A DNA stretch of 64,000 nt, from assembly GCA_963674595.2 (NCBI GenBank), contig CAXXFV010000016.1, positions 288,001-352,000 on the forward strand. The letters run 5' to 3'. Position numbers and translations under genes: made by a program. The notes under the pieces are model-generated. The model was not told the DNA's origin, searched no databases, and saw nothing but the letters and a program-made list of their open reading frames with translations. This DNA is from a bacterium. Its GTDB lineage: Bacteria > Zhuqueibacterota > Zhuqueibacteria > Residuimicrobiales > Krinioviventaceae. Shown piece after piece: positions 52,051 through 62,525 of the stretch. Numbering within the stretch: position 1 is the stretch's first letter; the number at the start of each line of letters is the position of its first letter.

Positions 52051-52398
52051 TTACCAAGGGATATAATCTTTACGATTTTTTGTGGGTACCGTTTCAATTT
52101 TAGCAAGAAACCGACCTTTTTTTTCAACCGGTCTAAAGATTTGATTAAAAAAGGACCTTTCAATTTGAATATCATCAATTTCAGGATCGTTCCCTGGTAC
52201 AAAAAATACGGCCTGTGGTCTTTCCAACTGTCCACTAACTTCTATTTTATCCAGTAAAAGTTTAATTGCTTCATCTCCTATAACGGGAGCCTGTTCGCTT
52301 TCTTTCGCTTGATCATTTTTATTGTCCTGCGCCTGAGCTGTCAACAGGGTTGCAAGCATTACAAAAAACAAAATTGTAATACATTTTTGATGTAACAT
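52051..52398 (-). CDS. Small secreted protein, GltF/CglF-like
   Basis: Signal peptide; IEVSGQLERPQA resembles the I.G.L..P motif I recall for GltF/CglF; syntenic position. Confidence 0.55.
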   Translation of the reverse strand: MLHQKCITILFFVMLATLLTAQAQDNKNDQAKESEQAPVIGDEAIKLLLDKIEVSGQLERPQAVFFVPGNDPEIDDIQIERSFFNQIFRPVEKKGRFLAKIETVPTKNRKDYIPW

Positions 52399-52412
52399 TT
52401 ATACTCCAATTT

Positions 52413-55286
52413 TTAACTGTCACCAAGCCCTAATTCAAGAACAAGTACCTGCATTCTTTTTTTACTTTCAGCTATCCAATTGTTTTCTATTTGGTTTAGC
52501 TCGGCTTGTTGTACATTTTTTTTGTATGTTTCAAGGGCTTTTTCTTTATATGGTTTGGCTGTTTGGGCCAATTTTTCGTTATATAATTCCAAATCTTCGC
52601 CTTCTAACCCTTCGGGACGAGGCGATTCCATAAACGCTCGAACAAACTCTTCAAAAGCCATGCCAATCCGAAATGATGCGGCCGTACTCCAATCAGCAAC
52701 CTGGTATTCCAGAGTATTTTTGTAGGCGTTAAATACATTTTTAAATTTTGCCACTTTTAGCTTCAAGTTGCGATCTAATGGCGGTGTTAATTGCAAATTT
52801 TTATAGTCGTCAAAAAGCAACTCACCGATCATAAATTGAGAGTGTGCTGCATAATATCCATCAACCTCTTGTCCTGAATTCATAAAATTATCGAAAGACG
52901 AAACTGCTTTTTGATAGGCCATCATGGCTTGCTGTCCGTCATCGATTTTCATGCAAAGTTCACCAATTTTGTAATAGCTTTCAATCAGGTCATCGTTGGC
53001 ATTGGGAAATAATTCTGTTACTTTTTGATATGTTGCTTTTGCAGTAAACCAGTCTTCAATGTTTTCGTAACAGCGGGCTGCGTTTTTAAGGGCCTGTAAA
53101 GCGAACTTGGAATTTGTATATTGGTTTACTATCGTCATATAATTAGCAGAGGCAAGGGTCCATTCTTCATTATTTTCCCGAAGTCCTGCTGCTTTGTATA
53201 ATGCTTCATCGGCAAGTTGTGATGAAGGCACGTTTTTAACCAGATGTTCCAGTGAAAGTGCTGCACGTGTAAAATCATTAGCTTTTTGATATTGGTTTGC
53301 TGCTTCAAAATAAGCTCTTTCCTGAAACGCCGGATCATCGGACGTGACGGCAACATTGTTTAACAATTCGGCAGCCGCTTCTACATCACCCTGGTCGCTC
53401 ATTTGTTCTGCCATTTTATACTTTGAAGATAAGGATAAACGTAACGCTTTGTCATAAAAACGAGTCGAATCGGGGAAATTGGTTACAATGTTATTAAACC
53501 ACATATTTGCTTCCCCATAAAAGCCGCCGTCAAAACAACTTTGTCCCGCATTCATAGCGGCTGTCAGGTGATATGGGTTGTCAACTCCCAATTCCATCAC
53601 TTTTTTATAAACTTTAACAGCACCCGAATATTCCTGCAACTCATGCAAGGTTTCACCAAAATTCATCAAAACCTGATCCAGCCATTTGCTTTCAGGAAAG
53701 ATACGACAAAAGTCGTTACAAGCTCTTAAAAGATCTATTTCAGATTGGTGACCAACTTTGACAGGTAATATTTCGCCGGTACCTAAAAATTCATCAATAT
53801 AAATAGTGACACTTTCAATTAATTTATCACTTCCGGTAAGTTGATAGTAGCTTAAAATTCGGTTAAAAGCAGCTTCTTCCCGATAGGAGGAAGAATAGTA
53901 GCTGTTAACAACATTGTGATATGTTTTTGCGGCATTTTCATAATCTCCGGCACTGTAAAAACATTCGGCCAGGTAATATTGAATTTTGTCGGCATCATCA
54001 GCGTTTGGAAACAAGTTTAAATACTCTTTATATTTTTGTATCGCCAGGTGATAATCACGAACACGATCGTTTTTTTGCGCTTCAGCCTGATAATATGTTG
54101 CCAGGTAATATAACATCTCTTTAGAAATTTTTATACCTTCTTCATAAAGCGGACCGTCGGTATATTTTTGCAGCCAGTTTCCACTGGGCCCAAAGGTATA
54201 AACAATTTCGTTACGTACGTCATTGGCCTTTTCAATTCTTTCGTCTAATTCATAGTTTGTTACAATTTGACGGTAGATAGACGGGGATTTTTCATAATAG
54301 GGATAAAGTTCGGTGATTATACGATAGCTGCTAATTGCTTCAGGGTAATAATTCCTTTTTTGATACAATTCCGCCATGTTTAACAAAATATCCAAAGAAT
54401 AGTCTTTATCTTTTAACGGCAGCAAAAATTCTTTTGCTGCATCCGCGCCGCCAAATTCTGTAAAACAACTGGCGATATAAAAAATTGATTCGGATGTAAG
54501 ATCAGCTTTTGTTTTGCCTAAAATTTGTGATTTTGTACGCTCTAATAAAGAAATATCTTCAATGAGGTATAAAAAGGTACTGATTGAATTTGTGTAATCA
54601 TTAACATTGTAATAAGACCAGCCCAGTTTATATAGGGCCATGTCAAAATAGGGATTGTCCCATTTTTCCAGTAAAGCTTTATAATGAAGAATAGCATTGC
54701 TGAAATCACGTTTGGAAAAATAGTAATCTCCTAAACGAAAATGGGATTCCAATGTAATAGGAGATTGAGGGTGTTCTGTGATTATTTGTTCAAAATATGA
54801 TTTTGCTTTACGATAGTTGCCTTCCTGAGAATAGGCCATTGCCAGTTTGTATAAAATTTTATCTTTAAATTTATTGTTTGGATAATCTCGAAGGATTTTG
54901 TAACAATACTCGATTGATTTTTGAAGACTAATGCGTGGCATTATGGGTTCTTGGGTTAATTCGCCTCTGTCATATTTATCCAGCGCTTTTTCATAATCAG
55001 TCATTTCATTTTGGAAAACAATAGATGCCTGCTTTTGATACAATTCAGCAAGTTGAAACATAACAGTGGTTGCAAAATCACCATTTGGATATTTCACTAA
55101 TAGTTTTTCATGCTCAGATATTATTCGTTCCAGCTTGTCGAGATTTCCGTCCGAGTCTTTAATGACGGCCTGGACAAAGGAACTTTCCTGGGCTATTACA
55201 TCTTTTATTAAAAATGAAGAAATATTTACGGCAGAAAGACATGTAAATATTAATATCGATTTTTTAATGTTCATTTTATTTTGCAT
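52413..55286 (-). CDS. Large periplasmic TPR protein (GltD/AgmU-like)
   Basis: Signal peptide, many TPRs, ALYKLGWSYY, C-terminal W..AA.FRIG..F. Confidence 0.75.
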   Translation of the reverse strand: MQNKMNIKKSILIFTCLSAVNISSFLIKDVIAQESSFVQAVIKDSDGNLDKLERIISEHEKLLVKYPNGDFATTVMFQLAELYQKQASIVFQNEMTDYEKALDKYDRGELTQEPIMPRISLQKSIEYCYKILRDYPNNKFKDKILYKLAMAYSQEGNYRKAKSYFEQIITEHPQSPITLESHFRLGDYYFSKRDFSNAILHYKALLEKWDNPYFDMALYKLGWSYYNVNDYTNSISTFLYLIEDISLLERTKSQILGKTKADLTSESIFYIASCFTEFGGADAAKEFLLPLKDKDYSLDILLNMAELYQKRNYYPEAISSYRIITELYPYYEKSPSIYRQIVTNYELDERIEKANDVRNEIVYTFGPSGNWLQKYTDGPLYEEGIKISKEMLYYLATYYQAEAQKNDRVRDYHLAIQKYKEYLNLFPNADDADKIQYYLAECFYSAGDYENAAKTYHNVVNSYYSSSYREEAAFNRILSYYQLTGSDKLIESVTIYIDEFLGTGEILPVKVGHQSEIDLLRACNDFCRIFPESKWLDQVLMNFGETLHELQEYSGAVKVYKKVMELGVDNPYHLTAAMNAGQSCFDGGFYGEANMWFNNIVTNFPDSTRFYDKALRLSLSSKYKMAEQMSDQGDVEAAAELLNNVAVTSDDPAFQERAYFEAANQYQKANDFTRAALSLEHLVKNVPSSQLADEALYKAAGLRENNEEWTLASANYMTIVNQYTNSKFALQALKNAARCYENIEDWFTAKATYQKVTELFPNANDDLIESYYKIGELCMKIDDGQQAMMAYQKAVSSFDNFMNSGQEVDGYYAAHSQFMIGELLFDDYKNLQLTPPLDRNLKLKVAKFKNVFNAYKNTLEYQVADWSTAASFRIGMAFEEFVRAFMESPRPEGLEGEDLELYNEKLAQTAKPYKEKALETYKKNVQQAELNQIENNWIAESKKRMQVLVLELGLGDS

Positions 55287-55300
55287 TTACGTCCATAGAG

Positions 55301-56674
55301 TTATTCTAAAGTTGTTTTCTGTTTTAAAAAAAGAGCTCTAGATTTTCCATACTCTGCATAGGCGCGCCAGTCTCGTCGTTCTTCTTTCATTGTTGCCAGT
55401 TTTTTTAACCTTAAAATTTGGGTTGTTAACTGGTCAAAATCTTCTCTCTCTTTTTTAATTCTTTTCAAGAATTCTTCACGAAGTTCTGTAATATGTCCTT
55501 TTTCCTGTTGCATATTCTCCGGAAGACCATCAGTGGAATACAAGGGTAAAACTTCCAAAAGTTTACTTTCCAAAACCAGCAAATCCATTTTAATACGTTC
55601 AATGTTGAGTTCTTCACGTGCCAGGCTTTGACTTACGTCTTGTAATATAACAGGTATGGTATTGGCATCCGGGAAAATATCAACCAGATGTTCGTAAACT
55701 TTTAGGGCTTCATCATAGCGTTCAAGTTTGAGATAACTTCTTCCAAGGAGGAAAAAAGCTTCTTCAGAATTATCATTTTCAGGATATTGTGTAATGAAAT
55801 CCGTCAATGCCGGTACAGCATCTTCATAATTATTTAACTGACATGCTGCCCATCCTGATGCCAGCAATGCCTGGTCATAATTTTCATGATTGGATGACAC
55901 AGATTGGAATTCTTTATAGGCAAGATCATACTTGCCAAGCTCATAATATATATATCCTAATGTTAAATGGGTTTCATCAACGATACCACGTCTTTCATCA
56001 CTCACAATAGGTAAATGACTGAGTCTGCGAAAAGTTTCAACTGCTTTTCGAATACGTTTCATGCGTAAAAGAGATAAACCAATGTTGTATATACCATAAT
56101 CATAATATGGGCTGGTATCACTAATTTGTGATAAAACCTGAATAGCACGGGGATAGTCTTTCATGTAATAATAACTCTGTCCCGCATAATATCTTGAACA
56201 ATCCAGAATATCCGATGAAGGTGAACCTCTTAATATTGCTTTATAAAATTCAATACAACGCGCATAATCTTTTGTGTCGAACTGGATGCGTTGGAGACCC
56301 AGAAGGGCATTTGGAAGATGGGGACTACGGATGTATTTTTTTATAAGAAATTTGTAAATATTGCCGGCACCTTCATATAACCCAATTTCATACAAGCAAT
56401 CACCCAGTGTATAGACAACCTTGTCAATTTTTGAATAATCCGGGTAAAAGTCCATCAATATGATTAAATCTCTGGCGCTTTCCCAGTATTTTTCTTGATC
56501 AAAATGAGCAAGTGCTTGTTCATGAAGTTTTTGAGAGGCTTTTTCCAAATCTTCATTATATTTCTTTTGCATCCCCGACGAAATCGGCGTTGATGAAAAA
56601 GATTCAAATATAAAGACACATAAAATTTGAACGATTATAGAAACAGATAAAATGCCTTTTTGGGAAATATTCAT
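55301..56674 (-). CDS. Periplasmic TPR protein with C-terminal coiled coil (GltC/GltE-like)
   Basis: Signal peptide, TPRs, ALL..GWA motif. Confidence 0.7.
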   Translation of the reverse strand: MNISQKGILSVSIIVQILCVFIFESFSSTPISSGMQKKYNEDLEKASQKLHEQALAHFDQEKYWESARDLIILMDFYPDYSKIDKVVYTLGDCLYEIGLYEGAGNIYKFLIKKYIRSPHLPNALLGLQRIQFDTKDYARCIEFYKAILRGSPSSDILDCSRYYAGQSYYYMKDYPRAIQVLSQISDTSPYYDYGIYNIGLSLLRMKRIRKAVETFRRLSHLPIVSDERRGIVDETHLTLGYIYYELGKYDLAYKEFQSVSSNHENYDQALLASGWAACQLNNYEDAVPALTDFITQYPENDNSEEAFFLLGRSYLKLERYDEALKVYEHLVDIFPDANTIPVILQDVSQSLAREELNIERIKMDLLVLESKLLEVLPLYSTDGLPENMQQEKGHITELREEFLKRIKKEREDFDQLTTQILRLKKLATMKEERRDWRAYAEYGKSRALFLKQKTTLE

Positions 56675-56702
56675 TTAATTACTTTCCAATTTTAAAAATT
56701 AT

Positions 56703-57731
56703 TTACTCCAAAGGCTCTTTATTTTTTTCTTTTTCAAGTTTCTTGCGCAGTTCTTCCAGTTCTTTGGCTACTTTTTCACGTTTATCACGAATGGAGTCCA
56801 GTTTGTTTTCTTCCTGTTTACGTTGTTCTTCTTTTATTTTTTGTTCTTTGGTTTTATATGAAAACAAAGTAGTACGATAGGTTGCACCGACAAGAATTTT
56901 CCAGTCAGCATAGTCTTTTAAATAGGGATTGTTACTGAGTTCCAGTTCCGAAGGTTTGTAACCACCGAGTTCAATATCACCGGCAATGTCAAAAACCAGA
57001 TTTAAAGGACCCAGGAATCGTAGTCCTTGAGTGAAACGAATGGAATTCTGACTAAAAGTCACATTGTCGCCATTGTTGATAAAAAGTTCACCGGTTATTT
57101 CAGAATAGAGCAGGGAAGACCGGACCGGGAATTTAAATCCAAAACCACCAATTAATTGGTCTGTTTTGTCAGAGAAAAAGCGGTCTGCCATATCATGATC
57201 CCAATACCCAACATTTAAAGATATTTTTAAGGGTAACATACCGGAAGTGTTTTTCAAATCAAAAGTCGTTAATCCCATGATACCCCATCCTGTTGCGTCT
57301 GAACTATATGGTTCAAATAAAACATTGTGATGTTGCGCTGTCGGGAAACTTGCAAAACCAAGGATGGCAAAATTAGTTACGGCGTCTTTGCGTTGAAATT
57401 GATATTTAATTCCCAGTTTTGAATCTCCGGGAGGGCCGAAAGCATTCTTTTGATCATCCTGATAAGGAACAAGGTGAATAAACATATCAAAAGATTTTGC
57501 TAAACCTAATGTAAATGAAAGGTTAAGAGTATGGTCTTCAAATGTTGATTTTGTTTCCTTTTCTCCGGCATAACCACTATATGTGGCATTAATGTATAGA
57601 TGACCCGGATAAACGGTTTCTGCATCAAACACACGTAGCTGTCCTTTACCACCTGATAAAGTAACCTGTGAGTAGGATAAAGATGAGATTGTTAATAAAA
57701 AGACACACGCAATAATATTTATTTTTTTCAA
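56703..57731 (-). CDS. Outer-membrane beta-barrel-like protein with charged C-terminal coiled-coil tail
   Basis: Signal peptide, amphipathic strands (GD.KLG.KY, LNVGY), about 45-aa K/E-rich tail. Confidence 0.6.
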   Translation of the reverse strand: MKKINIIACVFLLTISSLSYSQVTLSGGKGQLRVFDAETVYPGHLYINATYSGYAGEKETKSTFEDHTLNLSFTLGLAKSFDMFIHLVPYQDDQKNAFGPPGDSKLGIKYQFQRKDAVTNFAILGFASFPTAQHHNVLFEPYSSDATGWGIMGLTTFDLKNTSGMLPLKISLNVGYWDHDMADRFFSDKTDQLIGGFGFKFPVRSSLLYSEITGELFINNGDNVTFSQNSIRFTQGLRFLGPLNLVFDIAGDIELGGYKPSELELSNNPYLKDYADWKILVGATYRTTLFSYKTKEQKIKEEQRKQEENKLDSIRDKREKVAKELEELRKKLEKEKNKEPLE

Positions 57732-57880
57732 ATTGTCTTCTCCGCTTTTTGTATTTCCAAAATTGAAATTTTACAGGTAAATTGCCTTTAAATGATTGTA
57801 AATTTAAAGGTTTAATTTAACGCAAAATTCTAATTTAAATGATCTTGTGAATAATTGCAACATAAATTTAGCTCTTAAAC

Positions 57881-60055
57881 TTAAAGCATACCTTTTTGCT
57901 TTCTGATAAACCATTCTAATGACAGCAATAATAGTATAAATACTAAAACGAGTGTCTTATCGCGTAGAATAAATTCATTTTCAATAGTAATTTTTTCAAC
58001 TTTTCCGGTAATTTGGGACTGAAGAGAATTGACAGAGTCAATATGTGTGTAACTACCGTTAGTTGTTTGAGAAAGCTGTTTCAGTATTAAACTTAAAAGC
58101 TGTGTGTTGTTTAATTCGTTATTATAATTACCAACTGTAAATAGTGTGCTATTTTTACCAATGAGCTGATCATTTTTATTTGCCGTTATTTCAATTTTAT
58201 AATCACCGGGTTTTTGAGGTTGGTATTTAATTTCATAATCACCCGGTTCTTTTTCTGTTGCAATGATCGTCAGGTTGTCTTTTTCTGTCGTTATTTCTGC
58301 TTTTACATAGGCAGATTCAACCGGAGACCTGTTATTGTCATATACTTTAACTTTAACCTGGACAGGTTCTCCAAATTTATAGCTCGATTTATTTGTTTCA
58401 ATGTATACGCTTTTCGTTGATTTTTGATTTTCAAGCGATCTAACCAAATTATTATAAAGCTTGTTATAAAAATCAGAATTGTTGTTTATGCCCCAAAGCA
58501 TCAGGTCCCAACGCCAGGTCGGGTATGCAAGAACTGCTGCCGACTTGTTTATGCTTGATCGTGTCAGGATAAAAGGGGCTTTATCCGTGTCTTTAGCATT
58601 TAGGCTGACATTTTGAGATGAAAATGTTTTCAGTTCAGCCAATAGCTCAGAATCCGGCCATTTTTGATAAACATGATTAGAAAAAATCGGTGGGAGTTGT
58701 TGCCAAATGAAATTCATTTTGCTGCTGTTCTCTCCAAGTTGCATGACCTGATGTTGTTCACCCACAGCCGTTAACTGTGTGTAAACCAACCTTTCGTTTC
58801 GTTGCTTAACTATGCTGCTAAAGGGCAAAAAGTCTTTAAATAGTAACAGTTTTTCAGGATTTACATTTTTTCCGCTAATAAATAAAATAGAGCTTTTGTT
58901 TTTTTGTAATTGCTCTAAAATATTTTTTATAAATTCTGAATTTGTTTGAAACGTTGGAAAATCCAGGAAAATGAAAATATCCGTATTTTCCAGTTTATTA
59001 TATTCGTTAAAATTATAAAAATTGCTCTTTGTGTTTTGAAAAGAGTAAATTTTATATCGTTTATTATTGGACAGGTGCCTCTTTAAAAAACTTGTTTCGG
59101 CATTTATACTGCCCGCAATTATTGTAATTTGCAACTTTGATTTTAAAATATCAAGATAAAAATTTTTTTTATTGTTTTTTTCGTTTTTTTCTTGCAATAA
59201 TTTCGGAATTTCGACTGTTAATTGCTGCCGACCCACCTGTTGAGGGGTATAATCCAGCTTTAATTTAATTTCAGAGGGAAAAGATGTAAACGTTATATTT
59301 TTTGTTATGATTGTTTTATTTTCTGACTTGAGAATAACCGGTACGGTTACATTTTTTATTCCGTTGTTATGTATGGTAACATAGACCGGAGTGCTTTCTC
59401 CTATATAGGCAAAATTGTTAACCTCAAGATCAACAATAGAAATATCCGGAGATTGTTTTTCTGAACCGACTCCGATAGTGTAAATTGGGACCTCAAGCTC
59501 AGGGGCCACACGAACAGGATTACCGCCCGATGTATAATTACCATCTGTTATTAAAAAAATGCCATTCAAATTTTCCTGTATCAGTTCGGCTTTTGCCTGC
59601 TCTAAATTTGTTTTTAAATCGGTTTCATCGCCTGTAAAGGTTAAAGTATCATTTTTTGTATATTCTTTTAGAGTGTTGGCACCGGAAAACGTATAGTATT
59701 TAAATTTGTAATTTGCGCCGAGTTTATTAAAAAAATCTGTTTTTAATAAATTGATGACTTGCTTTGAACCAAGTCCCTGATCATTTTCGATATTCATACT
59801 CGCTGAGTTATCCAATAATACGGCAAAAACAGGTGGTAATTTTTTTGAAAAAAAGGTATGAATTGTCGGCTCTGCCAACAGTAAGACAAGTGTAAAAAGA
59901 ACAATATATCTTGAAATAATTAAAATTGTTTTTAAAAAAGGGGGTATAGGGGGATTGGTGCGTTTATATATAAATAACGTAAATACTATTAGTATTAAAA
60001 ATAATATAACCAGAATAGGTAAAGAATGAACAATGTTTATTTGAAAGTTTAACAT
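57881..60055 (-). CDS. Membrane-anchored VWA-like domain protein
   Basis: Two N-terminal TMs, LLDNSASM (DxSxS), TD, LITDG, TIGVG, TWRW, C-terminal LLSLEW..RK..G. Confidence 0.75.
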   Translation of the reverse strand: MLNFQINIVHSLPILVILFLILIVFTLFIYKRTNPPIPPFLKTILIISRYIVLFTLVLLLAEPTIHTFFSKKLPPVFAVLLDNSASMNIENDQGLGSKQVINLLKTDFFNKLGANYKFKYYTFSGANTLKEYTKNDTLTFTGDETDLKTNLEQAKAELIQENLNGIFLITDGNYTSGGNPVRVAPELEVPIYTIGVGSEKQSPDISIVDLEVNNFAYIGESTPVYVTIHNNGIKNVTVPVILKSENKTIITKNITFTSFPSEIKLKLDYTPQQVGRQQLTVEIPKLLQEKNEKNNKKNFYLDILKSKLQITIIAGSINAETSFLKRHLSNNKRYKIYSFQNTKSNFYNFNEYNKLENTDIFIFLDFPTFQTNSEFIKNILEQLQKNKSSILFISGKNVNPEKLLLFKDFLPFSSIVKQRNERLVYTQLTAVGEQHQVMQLGENSSKMNFIWQQLPPIFSNHVYQKWPDSELLAELKTFSSQNVSLNAKDTDKAPFILTRSSINKSAAVLAYPTWRWDLMLWGINNNSDFYNKLYNNLVRSLENQKSTKSVYIETNKSSYKFGEPVQVKVKVYDNNRSPVESAYVKAEITTEKDNLTIIATEKEPGDYEIKYQPQKPGDYKIEITANKNDQLIGKNSTLFTVGNYNNELNNTQLLSLILKQLSQTTNGSYTHIDSVNSLQSQITGKVEKITIENEFILRDKTLVLVFILLLLSLEWFIRKQKGML

Positions 60056-60097
60056 AAAAGTGATAATTCTTTTTTTTAACTATCATATTTTGCATAG

Positions 60098-61090
60098 TTA
60101 ATTTACAAGTGATAAATTGGGAACAACATCCAAATCAAGGTCTGATTGCTGCCCTTTCAATAGTCTTAGTTGTCCTGCTTTGGCAATCATTGCGGCATTG
60201 TCTGTGCATAGCTTGGGAGACGGAATGAATAATGAAATATTCTTTTTATGGCACTTTTCTTCAAATGTTTTACGTAAGGCTGAATTGCACGCTACTCCGC
60301 CGGCAATTACCAGATTTTGACATTTATATTTTTGTAAAGCTTTAATACTTTTAATGAGTAATACATCTATCACTGCTTTTTGAAAACTGGCGGCAACATC
60401 TGCAATATTTATATTATCCAAAGTTTGTGACTGAACATGGTATAGAACAGCGGTTTTAAGGCCGCTAAAACTAAAATCCAGATTATCTTTATCCAAAAGA
60501 GCGCGTGGAAATTGAATGGAATCCGGATTTCCATCGAGTGCGGTCATTTCGATAACAGGGCCGCCGGGATAACCAAGCCTCAGTATTTTTGCAACTTTGT
60601 CAAAAGCCTCGCCGGCAGCGTCATCAATTGTTCGGCCTATAATTTTATAATCCAAAGGTTTTTTAACGAGAACCAGTTGTGTGTGCCCACCGGATATAAT
60701 GAGGCAGATAAAAGGGTATGATATATCATTCTCTAGAAAAGCAGCCGATAGATGACCCTCGATATGATTGACGCCGATCCATTTTTTATCAAGGCCAAGT
60801 GCCAGACCTTTACAAACACCGAGTCCGACTAAAAGAGAACCCGCAAGCCCCGGACCATAGGTTACTGCCAGTCCATCAATATCATTTAGTGATTTGCCTG
60901 CTTCGGTTAATGCTTTTTTAATAATCGGAACCAGCAATTTAACATGTGCTCTTGAAGCAAATTCCGGTACAACACCGCCATATTCTTCATGGATTTTTTG
61001 GGTTGTAATAATGTTTGATAAAATTGAATCAGAATCTATAACCGCTGCACTTGTTTCATCGCAGGATGACTCTATTCCTAAAATGGTCAT
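60098..61090 (-). CDS. tsaD: tRNA N6-threonylcarbamoyltransferase TsaD
   Basis: LGIESSCDET, GGVVPE.ASR.H, GPGL, NHIEGH, SGGHT, DDAAGEAFDK, SFSGLKT, DNAAMI. Confidence 0.97.
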   Translation of the reverse strand: MTILGIESSCDETSAAVIDSDSILSNIITTQKIHEEYGGVVPEFASRAHVKLLVPIIKKALTEAGKSLNDIDGLAVTYGPGLAGSLLVGLGVCKGLALGLDKKWIGVNHIEGHLSAAFLENDISYPFICLIISGGHTQLVLVKKPLDYKIIGRTIDDAAGEAFDKVAKILRLGYPGGPVIEMTALDGNPDSIQFPRALLDKDNLDFSFSGLKTAVLYHVQSQTLDNINIADVAASFQKAVIDVLLIKSIKALQKYKCQNLVIAGGVACNSALRKTFEEKCHKKNISLFIPSPKLCTDNAAMIAKAGQLRLLKGQQSDLDLDVVPNLSLVN

Positions 61091-62064
61091 TTGATGCCTT
61101 GATTTGATAGTCGTTCTAAAATTATCTTGAATCTTTTTGGCTGAATTTCACGATACCTGATTCCGGGAAGGGGTTCAATATATGCGGGAAACTCGTTATT
61201 GCTTTGGTCTTTATGTCTGGTATAATCTATAAATGCAATAATATCTTTTTCCTGAACTTTGGCAACAACGTCAACTCCACCTTGTATGATGAGAGATAAT
61301 GAAGAAGGGATGACGAGAGCTTTCATGTTGTCCGGTATATTAATTACATTAACTGATATGTTGTAAAGCCGCCTTTCCATAAGTTTTTGAATGTCGGCAT
61401 TAATAACTGTGTTTGATTCGGATATTCTTAATAAATCTGTTTTAGGTTGTATCAGGTCTATTGGTTTTTCAATAGGAAGTTTTAGTTTATCCCAATAATC
61501 GGCTTTGGTGTATATAGAGTCGCATGTGTCAACAACAGATTGCGCCCCTGATATTTCGATGTGAGACGGTGTCAGCGTTATGTCATCGACAATGGTATAT
61601 CCGGCAAGAGGTTTGACTAAAACATTGTTTTTTATAGGAACGCTCTTTGAAATATATTTTTCAATTTTTATTTGAAAAGAATCCGGGGATGTTATTTCAA
61701 GTAAAGTTAATTTTTTAGAGTTACCATATAAACGAATATCCGTTAAAGTTGGACGAACTGTTTGTGTACCTGCTTCCCATTTTGGAGATATCTGTATATT
61801 GCCTTCTCTGAATATAAGAAAAGAAAGAAGAGCTTTCCCTTGCCCGCGAATTCGAATTTGGGCTTTTGACGGAATATCACTAACTATTATAAATCCGTGA
61901 GTTTGTTCTGGACAAATTATAGGGAGGTCGGTTTCATATTCGAATGAGCCGTTAGAAACAACAAGAAACCAGATAAAAAAGGCAAAGCATGTTGATGCGA
62001 TTTTAATTTTATTTTTTTCCCAAAATCGCTTTTCTTTTGAGAAAAATTTATTTGTATGAAGCAT
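61087..62064 (-). CDS. YbbR/CdaR-like domain protein
   Basis: N-terminal TM ending in W..V followed by repeated P..V.I.G beta modules. Confidence 0.7.
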   Translation of the reverse strand: MLHTNKFFSKEKRFWEKNKIKIASTCFAFFIWFLVVSNGSFEYETDLPIICPEQTHGFIIVSDIPSKAQIRIRGQGKALLSFLIFREGNIQISPKWEAGTQTVRPTLTDIRLYGNSKKLTLLEITSPDSFQIKIEKYISKSVPIKNNVLVKPLAGYTIVDDITLTPSHIEISGAQSVVDTCDSIYTKADYWDKLKLPIEKPIDLIQPKTDLLRISESNTVINADIQKLMERRLYNISVNVINIPDNMKALVIPSSLSLIIQGGVDVVAKVQEKDIIAFIDYTRHKDQSNNEFPAYIEPLPGIRYREIQPKRFKIILERLSNQGIK

Positions 62065-62170
62065 AAAAAATATCGTAACCCTGTTGCTGCAAATATGTTG
62101 AAAAGTAGAAAAGGGTGGCTAGTTTATTGGCCACCCTAAAATGCTCTCGAATACGATACATCCTTATGTG

Positions 62171-62362
62171 TTATCTTACAGAAGCTTTGATATCTTTACC
62201 AATACTGATCTCCCCATTGTCAATACGGATATTGTATCCGCATCCAGGATTTGTACATACCCAAGCTTTGTATTTTATGGAAGATCCCTCTCTTCCATAA
62301 TCTGATAAGGGAACCAACACACCAAGTTTACATTTTAAACAATCGGGGTAAACTTTTTCCAT
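62171..62362 (-). CDS. Small zinc-ribbon-like protein, 63 aa
   Basis: CLKC and CTNPGC cysteine pairs; GGAGAG RBS. Confidence 0.75.
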   Translation of the reverse strand: MEKVYPDCLKCKLGVLVPLSDYGREGSSIKYKAWVCTNPGCGYNIRIDNGEISIGKDIKASVR

Positions 62363-62525
62363 TACCGAACTCTCCTCACCTCACATTACTCTACCTAATG
62401 GCAAAAGTATATTAATGATTGATTGAATTACAAAATTTTACATAAACTAATAAAAATAAGTTAAATCAAGTTGAAAGTCAATGATTTTTTTACATTTATT
62501 TTGACTAAAATAATTGTACACTGTT

